DNA of 64,000 bases from a virus (IMGVR_UViG_2917791510_000001:34816-98815); one strand, 5' to 3'. Positions 40,570-50,238 are shown, counted from the stretch's first letter. Translations and numbers: made by a program. The notes: generated from the letters alone by a model not told the origin.

Positions 40570-40760
40570 TGGAAATGTTAGGCGCAGTAACGGTTAAGGT
40601 CGAAAATCCGCAGGTGAAGGGCAAGTACAAGATCCGGTACCTTCGGTACCGTGTTGGTCGGTTAACCGTGAAATCTCTCTCTCATAGACGTTATAGGGAG
40701 CACACGGTACCGGGTGTACCGAAACTGATTCGTTTCGATAAGCATGCTCCGGAGGGTGGC
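40570..40760. other. AT-rich intergenic segment, possible replication origin
   Basis: Sharp GC drop, GGTACC repeats, CCGCAGGT, TCTCTCTCTCATAGACGTTATAGGG. Confidence 0.35.
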
Positions 40761-40769
40761 TGAAAACCG

Positions 40770-41312
40770 ATGGCCTGGACCGCACCCATGACCGCCGTCG
40801 CCGGCTCCACCTTCAGCGCGGCTCAGTTCAACCAGCACGTGCGCGACAACCTGAACGAGACCGCGCCCGCCAAGGCGACCGCCGCCGCGCAGTTCTTCGT
40901 GTCCACGGGCCCGAACGCCCTCGCCGCCCGGCAGATGTCGAACGCCTTCATCAGCACGGCGCAGACCACGACGTCCACCACCTACGCCGACCTCGCCACC
41001 CCCGGGCCGTCCGTCACCGCGACGACCGGCACCCTGGCCCTGGTGCTGTACGGCTGCGGCCTGGACAACAACGTCGACAACGCCAGCTCGGAGGCCTCCA
41101 TCAAGGTGTCCGGGGCGACGTCCATCGCCCCGAGCGTGGACTGGGCACTGCGCCGCGACGGCGCCGTGGGGACCAACTCCTGCCGTTACGGCGCGGTCCA
41201 CATGTTCAGCGGCCTGACCCCCGGCAGCAACACGTTCACGATGCAGTACCAGGTGGGCACCGGGTCCACCGGAAGTTTCTTCAGCCGCGAGCTGATCGTC
41301 CTACCGTTCTAG
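40770..41312 (+). CDS. Minor tail/fibre protein (paralog A)
   Basis: MAWTAPMTAVAG...VRDNL. Confidence 0.7.
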   Translation: MAWTAPMTAVAGSTFSAAQFNQHVRDNLNETAPAKATAAAQFFVSTGPNALAARQMSNAFISTAQTTTSTTYADLATPGPSVTATTGTLALVLYGCGLDNNVDNASSEASIKVSGATSIAPSVDWALRRDGAVGTNSCRYGAVHMFSGLTPGSNTFTMQYQVGTGSTGSFFSRELIVLPF

Positions 41313-41321
41313 GAGACCCCC

Positions 41322-41573
41322 ATGGCCATGTCCTTCGAAGACGCAGCCCTCAGCATGCTGAACGTGTCCGCGTTCGTTCCTGTCACCGTGCGGTACGACG
41401 GGGCCCGGTGGGATCTCCTGACGGACACCAACGGCTATACGCTCACCGACGCCACCGACGCGGCCAGCGCCAGGGCGGCAGCCGTCGACCAGATGGCCGT
41501 CAACAACTACAAGCTGATCTCGAAGTGGATCGGCTGCGATGACGACAACGGCTACCAGGCCCTGTTCATCTGA
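41322..41573 (+). CDS. Hypothetical protein
   Basis: AGGAG RBS. Confidence 0.6.
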   Translation: MAMSFEDAALSMLNVSAFVPVTVRYDGARWDLLTDTNGYTLTDATDAASARAAAVDQMAVNNYKLISKWIGCDDDNGYQALFI

Positions 41574-41866
41574 TGGCGACCTTCAAGCAGTACACCCTCA
41601 AGATCTGGCAGGCGCACCGGACGGTCTCCGCCCGGCTCGGCGCCGATGTCTCGTCCGGCTCGCTGGCCGAGCGTGCCGCAGCCCTCAGCGCGGACGCCAT
41701 GGTCGGGATCCTCATCAAGTGCCTCACCGACAACGCCATCCTGACCGACGTCCAGTTGAACGCCGCCCTGGCCGCCGCGCAGGCCGTGACCTACCCGCCG
41801 CTGCCCCCCGGGGTGACGCGGACGTCCGACCAGCCCGTGGTGCCGGACCCGGACCTGGGAGCGTGA
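41573..41866 (+). CDS. Hypothetical protein
   Basis: TGATG coupling. Confidence 0.6.
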   Translation: MATFKQYTLKIWQAHRTVSARLGADVSSGSLAERAAALSADAMVGILIKCLTDNAILTDVQLNAALAAAQAVTYPPLPPGVTRTSDQPVVPDPDLGA

Positions 41867-41869
41867 GCC

Positions 41870-42409
41870 GTGGCCTGGAGCGCACCCATGACAGCGGTGG
41901 CCGGCTCGGTGTTCACGGCCGCCCAGTTCAACCAGACCATCCGCGACAACCTCGCCGAGACGGCCCCGTCCAAGGCGACCGTGCCCGGGTCCTACTTCGC
42001 CGTCTCCGACACCAACCAGATCAGCCAGCGGACCCCTGCGGCCAGCACCGTCAACGTCAGCGAGTCCACGTTGTCCACGTCCTTCGTCGACCTGACCACC
42101 CTCGGGCCGCAGGTCACCGTGAACACGTCCACGTCAGCGCTGATCCTCGTCACCGCCGAAATCAGCAACAACACCGCGTCCCAGGCCGGACGTGTCGGCG
42201 TCAACATCTCCGGGGCGACCACGGAGACGGTGGACGGGACCTACGTGCTGCGCCAGGAGACCAACGGCACCGCTGAGTTCAACCGGTGCACGGTCGCCCG
42301 CCTGCACACCACGCTGACCCCCGGCACCAATACGTTCCGGATGGTCTACTGCGCCACCGGCGGAACGGCTGCCTTCAACTACCGCAACTTGATCGTCTTC
42401 CCTTACTGA
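41870..42409 (+). CDS. Minor tail/fibre protein (paralog B)
   Basis: MAWSAPMTAVAG...IRDNL. Confidence 0.7.
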   Translation: MAWSAPMTAVAGSVFTAAQFNQTIRDNLAETAPSKATVPGSYFAVSDTNQISQRTPAASTVNVSESTLSTSFVDLTTLGPQVTVNTSTSALILVTAEISNNTASQAGRVGVNISGATTETVDGTYVLRQETNGTAEFNRCTVARLHTTLTPGTNTFRMVYCATGGTAAFNYRNLIVFPY

Positions 42410-42421
42410 CGAGGCAGGCCC

Positions 42422-42748
42422 ATGGACTGGACTACGTACCTGACCCCGGCCCTGGGGGCGTCGGGGCTGCTCGCGGCCGTCGTCCTCATGGTGCTCACGG
42501 GCAGGCTCCTGCCGAAGGCCTCCGTGGACGAGCGGCTCGCCGACCGGGACCGGCAGATCGAGACCTGGCGGGCAGCCTACGAACGCGGCCTGGAAGTCCA
42601 GGACGAGCAGCGCAAGTTGCTCACGGCCCTGGTGGAGGCCAACGAGACGGCCACGAAGGTGATCCAGGCCATCCCCCGGGCAAGTGAACGGCCACGCAAC
42701 CGTGCGGAGGGGAGGCGCCGTGAGCTGGCTGCGGACACTGATCAGTAA
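42422..42748 (+). CDS. Membrane protein (TM + coiled coil)
   Basis: N-terminal TM helix. Confidence 0.65.
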   Translation: MDWTTYLTPALGASGLLAAVVLMVLTGRLLPKASVDERLADRDRQIETWRAAYERGLEVQDEQRKLLTALVEANETATKVIQAIPRASERPRNRAEGRRRELAADTDQ

Positions 42749-42947
42749 GCTGCGCCGCCGTCCGCTCGCTCCGTCGCCGGAGCTGCGCGAGGCGGAGCGG
42801 GCCCTGGAGCGTACCGAGCAGCGTCTCGGAGTGATCAGGGGCGAGGCCTCTGCGATCCTGGGTATCGCCGATCAACTCGTACAACTGGGCGAGCAGAATG
42901 ATTTCGCGGCCCGGCTCCGGACCGCTCTCGGAGGGCCCCGTGAGTAA
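42720..42947 (+). CDS. Hypothetical protein
   Basis: GGAGG RBS before the GTG. Confidence 0.55.
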   Translation: MSWLRTLISKLRRRPLAPSPELREAERALERTEQRLGVIRGEASAILGIADQLVQLGEQNDFAARLRTALGGPRE

Positions 42948-43254
42948 CTCGTTCATCACGCTGTACCTCTGCTTCACGGGCTATCTCGTCACCTCCGGGC
43001 TGACCATGATCGTGGCGTACAGCCTGAGCTATCCGTGGTGGCGGTCCGGGCTGGGCAGGGTCGTGGTTCTCTACGCTTCGGCGGAAATCCTGATGTCTGT
43101 CATCCTGTGCCTCGCCGTCGTATGGCACATCAACCCGGCGTGGTTCCGAGCCCTGTGGTTCGGTCTCCAGGCCGTCGTCGGGACCACCTTCTGTGTCCAG
43201 ACGGCCGTGATAGTGCGGCTCCGCCGGGGCCGTCGGCAGCGGGAGCACGCGTAG
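42940..43254 (+). CDS. Putative holin-like membrane protein
   Basis: Three TM helices, YPWWRSGLGR. Confidence 0.6.
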   Translation: MSNSFITLYLCFTGYLVTSGLTMIVAYSLSYPWWRSGLGRVVVLYASAEILMSVILCLAVVWHINPAWFRALWFGLQAVVGTTFCVQTAVIVRLRRGRRQREHA

Positions 43255-43275
43255 GACGGAAGGGGACCACGGACC

Positions 43276-43545
43276 ATGTCTGCGGAAGCACGGATGCAGG
43301 GACTCATCGAGGACGCGGTACGGGCGGCGGTCAAGCCGCTGGAGGACGCCGTGGAGGCGCTCGGCGCCCGTCTCGCGGCCGTGGAGGGCTCGAGCGGCCC
43401 GGCGGACGCAGCGCCCGCCAAGCGGGCCGCAGGGGGCCGTACGGCCAAGGCGAAGGCGCAGCCGTCCGAGGCCACGGCCACGGCCGAGGATGCCGGGCCC
43501 AAGGCGGCCGAAGAGGTTCCGGCGCAGCGGAAGAGCAGCGAGTGA
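43276..43545 (+). CDS. Hypothetical protein
   Basis: Ala/Lys-rich ORF. Confidence 0.55.
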   Translation: MSAEARMQGLIEDAVRAAVKPLEDAVEALGARLAAVEGSSGPADAAPAKRAAGGRTAKAKAQPSEATATAEDAGPKAAEEVPAQRKSSE

Positions 43546-43835
43546 TCCCGTCCGTCGGGCGCATCGTCCACTACGTGTCCTACGGGTCTCCGGTGCGCGA
43601 GGACGGCACGCAGGCGTTCTCGTCCAAGTGCCGCGCCGCGATCGTGGCCGACGTCTACTCCGCCGACAACCCGCACCCGGACCCCGAAGTGCACACCGAC
43701 GCCGAGGGCTCTGAGTGGGCCGCGCTTGTCGTGCTGAACCCGTCGGGGATGTTCTTCAACGATGCCTGCCACGACGAACTGACCAAGCAGGGCGGCACCT
43801 GGCACTGGCCCGAGCGGACGGGGGACGACACGTGA
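43542..43835 (+). CDS. Conserved actinophage protein
   Basis: PSVGRIVHY...RAAIV...GTWHWP. Confidence 0.7.
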   Translation: MIPSVGRIVHYVSYGSPVREDGTQAFSSKCRAAIVADVYSADNPHPDPEVHTDAEGSEWAALVVLNPSGMFFNDACHDELTKQGGTWHWPERTGDDT

Positions 43836-44086
43836 GCCCGCAGCCGGGTCCCCGGCCGTTCATGGATCTCTCGGAGTCCGGGCTGCTGTGGCTGATCAAC
43901 CGCGTCGTGTTCCACCCGCGAGGCCTCGCGCTCGCGCTCCACGAGACCGGCGGCGAAGCCCGGGGGTGGGAGCTGCAAGCCGCTGCCGAGGGCGAGCCGT
44001 TCGTCTTCCCGGAGGCCGTAGACAACACGGGGTACCGGCGGGCTGAGGCGACCCTGGCCGACGCGCTGACCGGGAGGCGGGGATGA
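43832..44086 (+). CDS. Hypothetical phage protein
   Basis: GLLWLINRVVFHPRGLAL; coupled on both sides. Confidence 0.65.
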   Translation: MSPQPGPRPFMDLSESGLLWLINRVVFHPRGLALALHETGGEARGWELQAAAEGEPFVFPEAVDNTGYRRAEATLADALTGRRG

Positions 44087-46269
44087 GGGTCGTCTGTTAC
44101 CCGGCGGACAAGGGCGGGTGCGGGTCGTTCAGAGTGATCTGGCCCGCGCAACTGCTCGCGGCGGCCGGGCACGACGTGGAGATCCGCCCGCCGGAGAACC
44201 GGGGGCTGAAGCTGCGCATCGGCCCGAACGACCACGTGGACGACGTGCTCGACACCGACGGCGTGGACGTCATCGTCTTCCAGCGCCTGACCCACCAGTG
44301 GATGTCGCAGTCCGTGCCGCTGCTGCGCGCCAAGGGCATAGCGGTCGTGGTGGACGTGGACGACGACCTCTCCACGGTCCACCCGCGTAATCCCGCGTAC
44401 CGGTCGATGCACCCGAGGACCGGCGGCAAGCACTCGTGGCAGCACCTCGCCGCCGCGTGCCGGGACGCCACCCTCGTCACCGTCTCCACCCCGGCGCTGC
44501 TCGAGCGGTACGCCCGGCACGGGCGCGGCCACGTCATCTACAACCACCTGCCGGACGCCTACTTCGGCGTGGAGCACACCGACTCCACGGTGCTCGGCTG
44601 GCCCGCCGCGCTCGCCTCCCACCCCGACGACCCGGCCGTCCTGGGCGGGGCCGTGGCGCGGCTGGTGTCCGAGGGTGCCCGGTTCCGCGTGACCGGTGAT
44701 CCGGTGGGCGTCGGCGCCGCGTTCGGCCTGCCCGCTGATCCGCCGGGACGCCACGGCATCAACCCGGAGCAGTGGCCGGCCGCCGTCGCGGAGCTGGGCA
44801 TCGGCGTTGCCCCGCTCGCGGACACTGTTTTTAATCGCGCAAAGTGCGTAGACTTTAGTATGCGAATCTGCACCCGTAGAGGGGTACTTGAGGCCGGGGA
44901 GATCGAGCCCGGCGACCAGGTGTGGCGCGGCGGCTGGAAGTTGGTGGAAGCCGTCAAGCACGACGTACCGGAGCCGGGGTTCGAGATCACCACGGAAGGC
45001 GGCTACACGCTGCGCCTGACACCGGATCACCGGATGCTCGTCAACGGCGAGTGGACCTACGCAAAGGACATCGCGGTCGGCGACACGATGGCGATGGAGC
45101 CCGAGCCGGTCGGCCCGACAGCGGAGGTACGCTCACCATGGCCTGCGGACAGCCGGATGGGCTCGCGGGGCGCGCAGCCTACCGACCCGTACGCGTTCCT
45201 CAGCGCCTCGGACGGCCCGCGTCTGGACATCACGCCCCGGTGGGGTCGGTTCCTCGGCGCATTCGTCGGCGACGGATGCGCGGGGCAGTCGACACAGATC
45301 ACCATCTCGTGTGACGGCCAGGACCAGGACTGGATAGATCTTCTCATGGAGGACTTCCGGGCGTTCGGGTTCAACCCCCTGACTCAGAGCCGGAAGACGT
45401 TCGGTGGCGAGGTCATCCGAAGGCGTGACGTGCGTGTCGCGTCGGCACACCTGCTGCGGGTCCTGAAGAGCTGGGGACTGGCCGTGGACCGGGACAACGG
45501 CAGGCCGCTCCGGGTGACCAAGGTCCCGGAGATCATCTGGCGGTCACCCCGTGAAGTGATCGCGGAGTTCCTGGCCGGGTACTTCGAGGCGGACGGGTGT
45601 TGCACCAGCACCGGAGTCAGCGCTCTTTCGAAGGACGAACAACTGATCCGTGACGTCCAGCGGCTACTCCTGCTGTTCGGAATCGTGTCCAAGATCAGCA
45701 TGAAGACGCACCGGGCGCAGAACGGGTTCTCCGGGAACTACTGGCGCGTGACGCTGGGTCGGGACGCGGCCGATGTGTTCGCCCGGGAGATCGGGTTCAG
45801 GTCCGCTCGGAAGTCGGCGCGGCTCGCGGAGATTACGGGCAAGCCGCACTCGAACGCATTCCGCCCGATGAACTGGGCTCCGAAGGTCATCGGGGTCAAT
45901 CCGTGCATGGTGACGCCGGTGGACCTCCAGGTGGAAGGTCACGAGTACATGGCCGCCGGGTTCGTCAGCCACAACTCGTGGCTGAAGCCGCTGGAACTCT
46001 CCGCGCTCGGTATCCCGTGGGTCGCATCACCCCGCGCGGAATACACCCGGCTCCACACGATGGGTGCCGGCGTCCTGGCGGATACTCCCCGGCGCTGGTA
46101 CCGCGAGCTGCGGCGCCTGATGGACAACGAGGCGCTGCGCGCGGAACGCGCCGAGGCGGGCCGGGCCGTCGCCGAGGGCCTGCGGCTGTCCGGCAACGAG
46201 TGGCGCTGGCTCGAAGCGTGGGAGCGCGCGCTGAGCCTCCAGCGTGAGCCGGGCATATGCGCCGCTTAA
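44083..46269 (+). CDS. GT-B glycosyltransferase interrupted by an intein
   Basis: GCGSFRV, VFQR, VDVDDDL, IGVAPL..TVFNRAK/SWLKPLELSALGIPWVAS. Confidence 0.85.
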   Translation: MRVVCYPADKGGCGSFRVIWPAQLLAAAGHDVEIRPPENRGLKLRIGPNDHVDDVLDTDGVDVIVFQRLTHQWMSQSVPLLRAKGIAVVVDVDDDLSTVHPRNPAYRSMHPRTGGKHSWQHLAAACRDATLVTVSTPALLERYARHGRGHVIYNHLPDAYFGVEHTDSTVLGWPAALASHPDDPAVLGGAVARLVSEGARFRVTGDPVGVGAAFGLPADPPGRHGINPEQWPAAVAELGIGVAPLADTVFNRAKCVDFSMRICTRRGVLEAGEIEPGDQVWRGGWKLVEAVKHDVPEPGFEITTEGGYTLRLTPDHRMLVNGEWTYAKDIAVGDTMAMEPEPVGPTAEVRSPWPADSRMGSRGAQPTDPYAFLSASDGPRLDITPRWGRFLGAFVGDGCAGQSTQITISCDGQDQDWIDLLMEDFRAFGFNPLTQSRKTFGGEVIRRRDVRVASAHLLRVLKSWGLAVDRDNGRPLRVTKVPEIIWRSPREVIAEFLAGYFEADGCCTSTGVSALSKDEQLIRDVQRLLLLFGIVSKISMKTHRAQNGFSGNYWRVTLGRDAADVFAREIGFRSARKSARLAEITGKPHSNAFRPMNWAPKVIGVNPCMVTPVDLQVEGHEYMAAGFVSHNSWLKPLELSALGIPWVASPRAEYTRLHTMGAGVLADTPRRWYRELRRLMDNEALRAERAEAGRAVAEGLRLSGNEWRWLEAWERALSLQREPGICAA
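44845..45975 (+). mobile_element. LAGLIDADG intein (377 aa)
   Basis: Starts CVDFSMRI, block B TPDH, FLGAFVGDG and FLAGYFEADG, ends VSHN followed by Ser. Confidence 0.92.
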
Positions 46270-46351
46270 TCAACTTTTAACGCGCTACAGCACAAGTCTG
46301 GCCGGTCGGACTCTCACTGAGCAGTCTGACCGGCCAGTACGTTGTCCCCTA

Positions 46352-46390
46352 CTGAGGGCCCTCCCTGTTTGCGTCAGGGAGGGCCCTCAG
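46352..46390. terminator. Bidirectional terminator between the two arms
   Basis: CTGAGGGCCCTCCCTG/CAGGGAGGGCCCTCAG. Confidence 0.8.
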
Positions 46391-46788
46391 CCCGCCGGCC
46401 GCAACGAGGTGCGGGAGCGGGGCTGTGCGGCCGAGGCGGTCAGCCAGGACAGTCCGCAGGCGAGGCACAGTGCGTCGTCGCTGCCGTCCATGTCGACCAC
46501 CCTCCGCGACTCGCAGACCGGGCATTTGACCCGGTCCTTCTTCGCCTTCAGACGACGCCGCTCGGCAGTGTCGGTCCCACCCCAGTACCCACGTTGACCA
46601 TAAGTCAACGCGTAGCGCAGGCAGGTCGCTTTGACGGGACAGACGTTGCAGTAGCCCCGGGCCTCTTCCAGGCCCTCGGGGTCTTCCTTCTCGGGGACGA
46701 ACACTTCCAGCGGGACGCCGTTGCACAGCGCGTCGTCCTGCCATCTCACCTCGGAGGCGGCCCAGCCGCCTGTGAGTCCACGTATCAC
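46387..46788 (-). CDS. whiB: WhiB-family transcription factor with C-terminal zinc ribbon
   Basis: WQDDALC...CNVCPVKATC...GYWGG; extra CPVC...CLAC. Confidence 0.88.
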   Translation of the reverse strand: MIRGLTGGWAASEVRWQDDALCNGVPLEVFVPEKEDPEGLEEARGYCNVCPVKATCLRYALTYGQRGYWGGTDTAERRRLKAKKDRVKCPVCESRRVVDMDGSDDALCLACGLSWLTASAAQPRSRTSLRPAG

Positions 46789-47020
46789 CTAGCTGCTCCT
46801 CGGACGCAGTGGCACCTTCAGGACAGAACTATTGCTCTATGCACCCATGCTCGGAACGGTGCACACCTGACTAAATCCGACCGTCACCGAAAGTGGGAGA
46901 CACGTTTCCGATTGTGACACTGCCAAACCGGGCGGGCCGTCTTTCACCCGATCGGGTGTGCCGGACCTGCGTGTTGCCCCAACTCGTGCACAGGGCAACG
47001 GAGTTGCGCGGGGCAAGCGA

Positions 47021-47055
47021 AAGGCCCCGCTCCGTATCGGAGGACGGGGCCTTCC
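47021..47055 (-). terminator. Hairpin terminator
   Basis: AAGGCCCCG...CGGGGCCTT. Confidence 0.55.
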
Positions 47056-47077
47056 GTGGCTGAAAAGTGACGGTGTG

Positions 47078-47464
47078 TCAGTCCTCGTTCCCGGCGGCCA
47101 TTTCCTCGGCGGTCATCCGCCCGGTGACGCCGTCGTGGTACCCGGCCCGGCCGGCCTCGGTCGTCACCGATTTGGCGTTGACCCTCAGCACCCTGTACCA
47201 GGCGCCCCGGTAGCGGACGAAGTCGCCGGGCTCGAAGTCGGCCCGGGACCAGATCTTGAATCCCCCGGCCCCGGCGCGGGCGACGACGTCCCGCCAGTGG
47301 GCGAGCTGCCTGTCGATCTCTGCGGTCTGCCGCGTGAACTCGTCCGCGAGGCCGGAGGGTGCGGTGCAGCGCTTCAGGGCCCGCCTGACGCGGCGCCTGT
47401 CGGCTTCCAACTTGTCGATGCGGCGCAGCGCGGCATACGGATCGGTGATGTTCGTGGGGCCCAT
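47078..47464 (-). CDS. Hypothetical protein
   Basis: Start after GACCAAGGAA...GGAGG; WYRVLRVNAKSVT. Confidence 0.65.
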   Translation of the reverse strand: MGPTNITDPYAALRRIDKLEADRRRVRRALKRCTAPSGLADEFTRQTAEIDRQLAHWRDVVARAGAGGFKIWSRADFEPGDFVRYRGAWYRVLRVNAKSVTTEAGRAGYHDGVTGRMTAEEMAAGNED

Positions 47465-47778
47465 GCGGGCGCCTCCCCTGCTTCCTTGGTCTGTGATCTG
47501 TGGTGCGAGCGTCCTGCCTGGGGGGTGGGGACACGGCGCTCTGGCCCGGCGCCGTCCTGCGGCGGGGGCCGGTTGTTCGGTCAATACGTGCTGCCTCACG
47601 GGCGTTCCCCTCTGACGCGGTCCTTTCCTGCTCTACGGGGAGGGGCGCCGCGTCCGTCGGCGGCGGTTGTGCGAGTGCCCCGCCCTGGGGGAGGTGGGCG
47701 GGGCACTGGCGCCGTGGCGTGGGCGGGGGATTGCCTGCCACGGTGTACTGGCACGGAGTGTGCCAGCGGTTCGGTGAA

Positions 47779-48219
47779 TCACCGAACAGGCAGCTCAGGC
47801 CAGCTCTCGGCGTCCATCCGGCGCAGCCACGCGGCGACGCCCTGCCGTGCTTCGGGCGACAGCGTCACGGTGAAGCCGCCGGTACGGCCGCGCTGCCCGA
47901 TCGTCACCCCGGCTTTGCCGAACGGCAGTGTGCACCGCATCCGCGCCTCGGTGTGCGTGCCGTACATCACGGCAGCCTCGTCCCCACCGATGGTCAGCCA
48001 GCGGCCGTACGGCGTGCCGTACTCGTCGTGGCCCACGATGCCAGGGCACGCCTCTCCGGCGAACCACGCGGCCAGTGGGAGCAGGTAGCTGGGCTCGAGG
48101 GCCACGCTGCGGTGCTCCGGAACGCTTCCGGTCAGCACGGACAGGACCAGCTTTCCGTCGCCGGGTGCGAGGCGCAGCGCGGTGTCGGCGACGCTCCCGG
48201 AGATCTCGAAGGGTTCCAT
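47779..48219 (-). CDS. Hypothetical protein
   Basis: Start after the leader motif. Confidence 0.65.
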   Translation of the reverse strand: MEPFEISGSVADTALRLAPGDGKLVLSVLTGSVPEHRSVALEPSYLLPLAAWFAGEACPGIVGHDEYGTPYGRWLTIGGDEAAVMYGTHTEARMRCTLPFGKAGVTIGQRGRTGGFTVTLSPEARQGVAAWLRRMDAESWPELPVR

Positions 48220-48349
48220 GGGTTCTGCTTTCCTTGGTCGGTTGTGAGGGGTCACGATCCGGCGAGTCCCATTAGCCCACGGGGGCGGGTTGGGACCTAA
48301 CGGCCCCGGAGGTCGGCAACCCCGGGGCCTCACTGGTTCTGTCGCCGCG

Positions 48350-48685
48350 TCAGCGCTGCTCGCACTTGTGCTGGACGATAACGGCGGCCTGCTCCCAGTC
48401 GACGGACTCGGTTCCGGCTCCCTGCCGCATCTGGTCGGCGGCCCACTGGGTGCCGTACAGCGCGATACCGGCGCACATGGCGTCCTTGCGGGACTCGGAG
48501 GTCCCCGCCCAGGTGATGTCCACGATGAGGGCGGTTTCGTCCTCGGTGGGCGTGGGCGTGGGGTCGACGGCCGGCCGCTCGACGCTGCGGGTGGTGCCGG
48601 TGCTGGGTGCGGGAGAGGTGCTGGTGCCGCAGGCCGTGAGCAGGCCGAGAAGAACGGCGGCGGGTGCTATGCGGTGCAGGTTCAC
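48350..48685 (-). CDS. Lipoprotein
   Basis: LLGLLTAC lipobox. Confidence 0.7.
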   Translation of the reverse strand: MNLHRIAPAAVLLGLLTACGTSTSPAPSTGTTRSVERPAVDPTPTPTEDETALIVDITWAGTSESRKDAMCAGIALYGTQWAADQMRQGAGTESVDWEQAAVIVQHKCEQR

Positions 48686-48772
48686 GTTCGGTTCCTTCGT
48701 TCCTTGGTCAGTGTTCGATGAGTTGATTAAGCCGGGGCCCCGGGACCATGAGGACCCGGGGCTCGGAGCGGG

Positions 48773-49318
48773 TCAGGCAGCGGCGGCCTCGCGCACGTAG
48801 CGCTTGATCAGTCCGTAGCGCAGGGCGTAGCCCTGCGCCTCAGCCATGTCGGCGAACCACAGGCCGTCGTGAACGGGGTGACGGATCAGCACGCCCTTAC
48901 CGCCCATGTCGTTCACGACGTCGTCGTCCCAGTCGTAGACGTTGAGCGTCACGCCAGGTTTGCCGCCACCGAAGGGGTAGGAGACGCCCCACGATGTCGC
49001 CGTCACGTACGTCTCGCCGGCGTCGTGCTCGGCGTCCCGGGTGCCCCGCAGCGCAGCAGCGCCGTCCAGCGTCTGGTCCAGCCAGTACGCGAATTCCTCG
49101 CCCCGGCCGTCCTTGAACATCCGCAGCGCGGTGCGCAGGTTGTCGGCGACCGCGCGCTGGTAGGTGGGCCCGTAGGTGATGAGTTCCAGCAACTCGTTGG
49201 AGACGACCCGCAGGAACGCCGCACGGGAGACCGGCTCGCGGCCTTCCGCAGTCGCCTCGGCGGGCAGGGCCCGCTCGAACGTCGCGAGGGCTTCGGCGGT
49301 CTGGTGCGAACCGAACAT
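48773..49318 (-). CDS. Hypothetical protein
   Basis: GGAGG RBS, downstream of a conserved promoter. Confidence 0.65.
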   Translation of the reverse strand: MFGSHQTAEALATFERALPAEATAEGREPVSRAAFLRVVSNELLELITYGPTYQRAVADNLRTALRMFKDGRGEEFAYWLDQTLDGAAALRGTRDAEHDAGETYVTATSWGVSYPFGGGKPGVTLNVYDWDDDVVNDMGGKGVLIRHPVHDGLWFADMAEAQGYALRYGLIKRYVREAAAA

Positions 49319-49355
49319 GACGGCCTCCCGGGAGGTTGTGTCGGGGCCGTTCCCC

Positions 49356-49393
49356 GATGAATTAATTAAACCATGAAGCCCCGGGGTCGGCAA
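49356..49393 (-). promoter_or_regulatory. Conserved phage promoter/operator
   Basis: TTGCCG-N17-TTTAAT; the -35 lies in the loop of hairpin 49375-49405. Confidence 0.8.
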
Positions 49394-49425
49394 CCCCGGG
49401 GCTTCGGTTCTTCGGCGGACTGCGG

Positions 49426-49632
49426 TCAGGCTTCGCCGTCCCTGGCGGCCGGCCGGCGCGTGGCCCACCCGATGACCAGGGTCGTGGTGCCCAGGGCAGT
49501 GAAGGCCCCGGTCAGGATCCCGCCTGCGACAGCAACGGTCATAGCGCCGTGCTCGGACGCCTCGGCGGCCACCAGGGCAGCGCCCGCGCCGATCGCCGTC
49601 AAGGCGACGCCCAGCTTCGTGTTCTTCTGCAT
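49426..49632 (-). CDS. Small membrane protein
   Basis: Two TM helices; leader motif. Confidence 0.6.
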   Translation of the reverse strand: MQKNTKLGVALTAIGAGAALVAAEASEHGAMTVAVAGGILTGAFTALGTTTLVIGWATRRPAARDGEA

Positions 49633-49681
49633 GGTCTGCTTCCTCATTCCTTGGTCAGTGGTCGACTTATAGGTTTGTCGT

Positions 49682-49954
49682 TCAGTTGTCCAGGGCGGTG
49701 ATGTGCTGCTCGACGATACCGACGCGGGCGATCTCCATCAGGGCCGTGCCCTCGGAGCAGTCCGGCCGGCTGTCGTCGATGCAGGCGGGGCAGCCGGTGA
49801 CGTGGTCGGAGAACTCGGAGAACGCGCTGTAGTACGGCAGCACCTCCAGCAGGTCCCGCTCCGGTATGGGCATCGAGTCCAGGCCTGCGAGTCCCTCGGC
49901 ATCGGCCGCGTCCTGCATGTCCGCCAGGTCCCAGTTCTTCCACGTCGTACGCAT
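49682..49954 (-). CDS. Hypothetical protein
   Basis: Leader motif; HVTGCPAC. Confidence 0.65.
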   Translation of the reverse strand: MRTTWKNWDLADMQDAADAEGLAGLDSMPIPERDLLEVLPYYSAFSEFSDHVTGCPACIDDSRPDCSEGTALMEIARVGIVEQHITALDN

Positions 49955-49997
49955 GGCCGCTTCCTCATTCCTTGGTCTGTGGTCGGCGGTGCTCAGG

Positions 49998-50198
49998 TCA
50001 GCCGGCCCGCCGGGCCAGCTCGCGGCGGATGGCCTCGTAACAGAGGTCGTCCTCGCGGGTGCGGCCGGCGAAGTTGCTCGGCTTGTACGCGTCGCGGTAG
50101 CCCTGGAGTTGACCGAGGTTCAGCCGCGCCGTGTTCTTGGCCGTCGCGGCGAGGATGCGCTCCTCGTCCTCCGTGAACTGCGGCTCCGTGGCGTCCAT
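49998..50198 (-). CDS. Hypothetical protein
   Basis: Leader motif. Confidence 0.6.
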   Translation of the reverse strand: MDATEPQFTEDEERILAATAKNTARLNLGQLQGYRDAYKPSNFAGRTREDDLCYEAIRRELARRAG

Positions 50199-50238
50199 CG
50201 TGTCCTCGTTCCTTGGTCGGTGGTCTCGCCGATCGGGG

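Noticed and set aside
46920-47020. Possible structured ncRNA upstream of whiB
   Set aside because: Only imperfect GC-rich hairpins and no recognisable family; not supportable without covariation data
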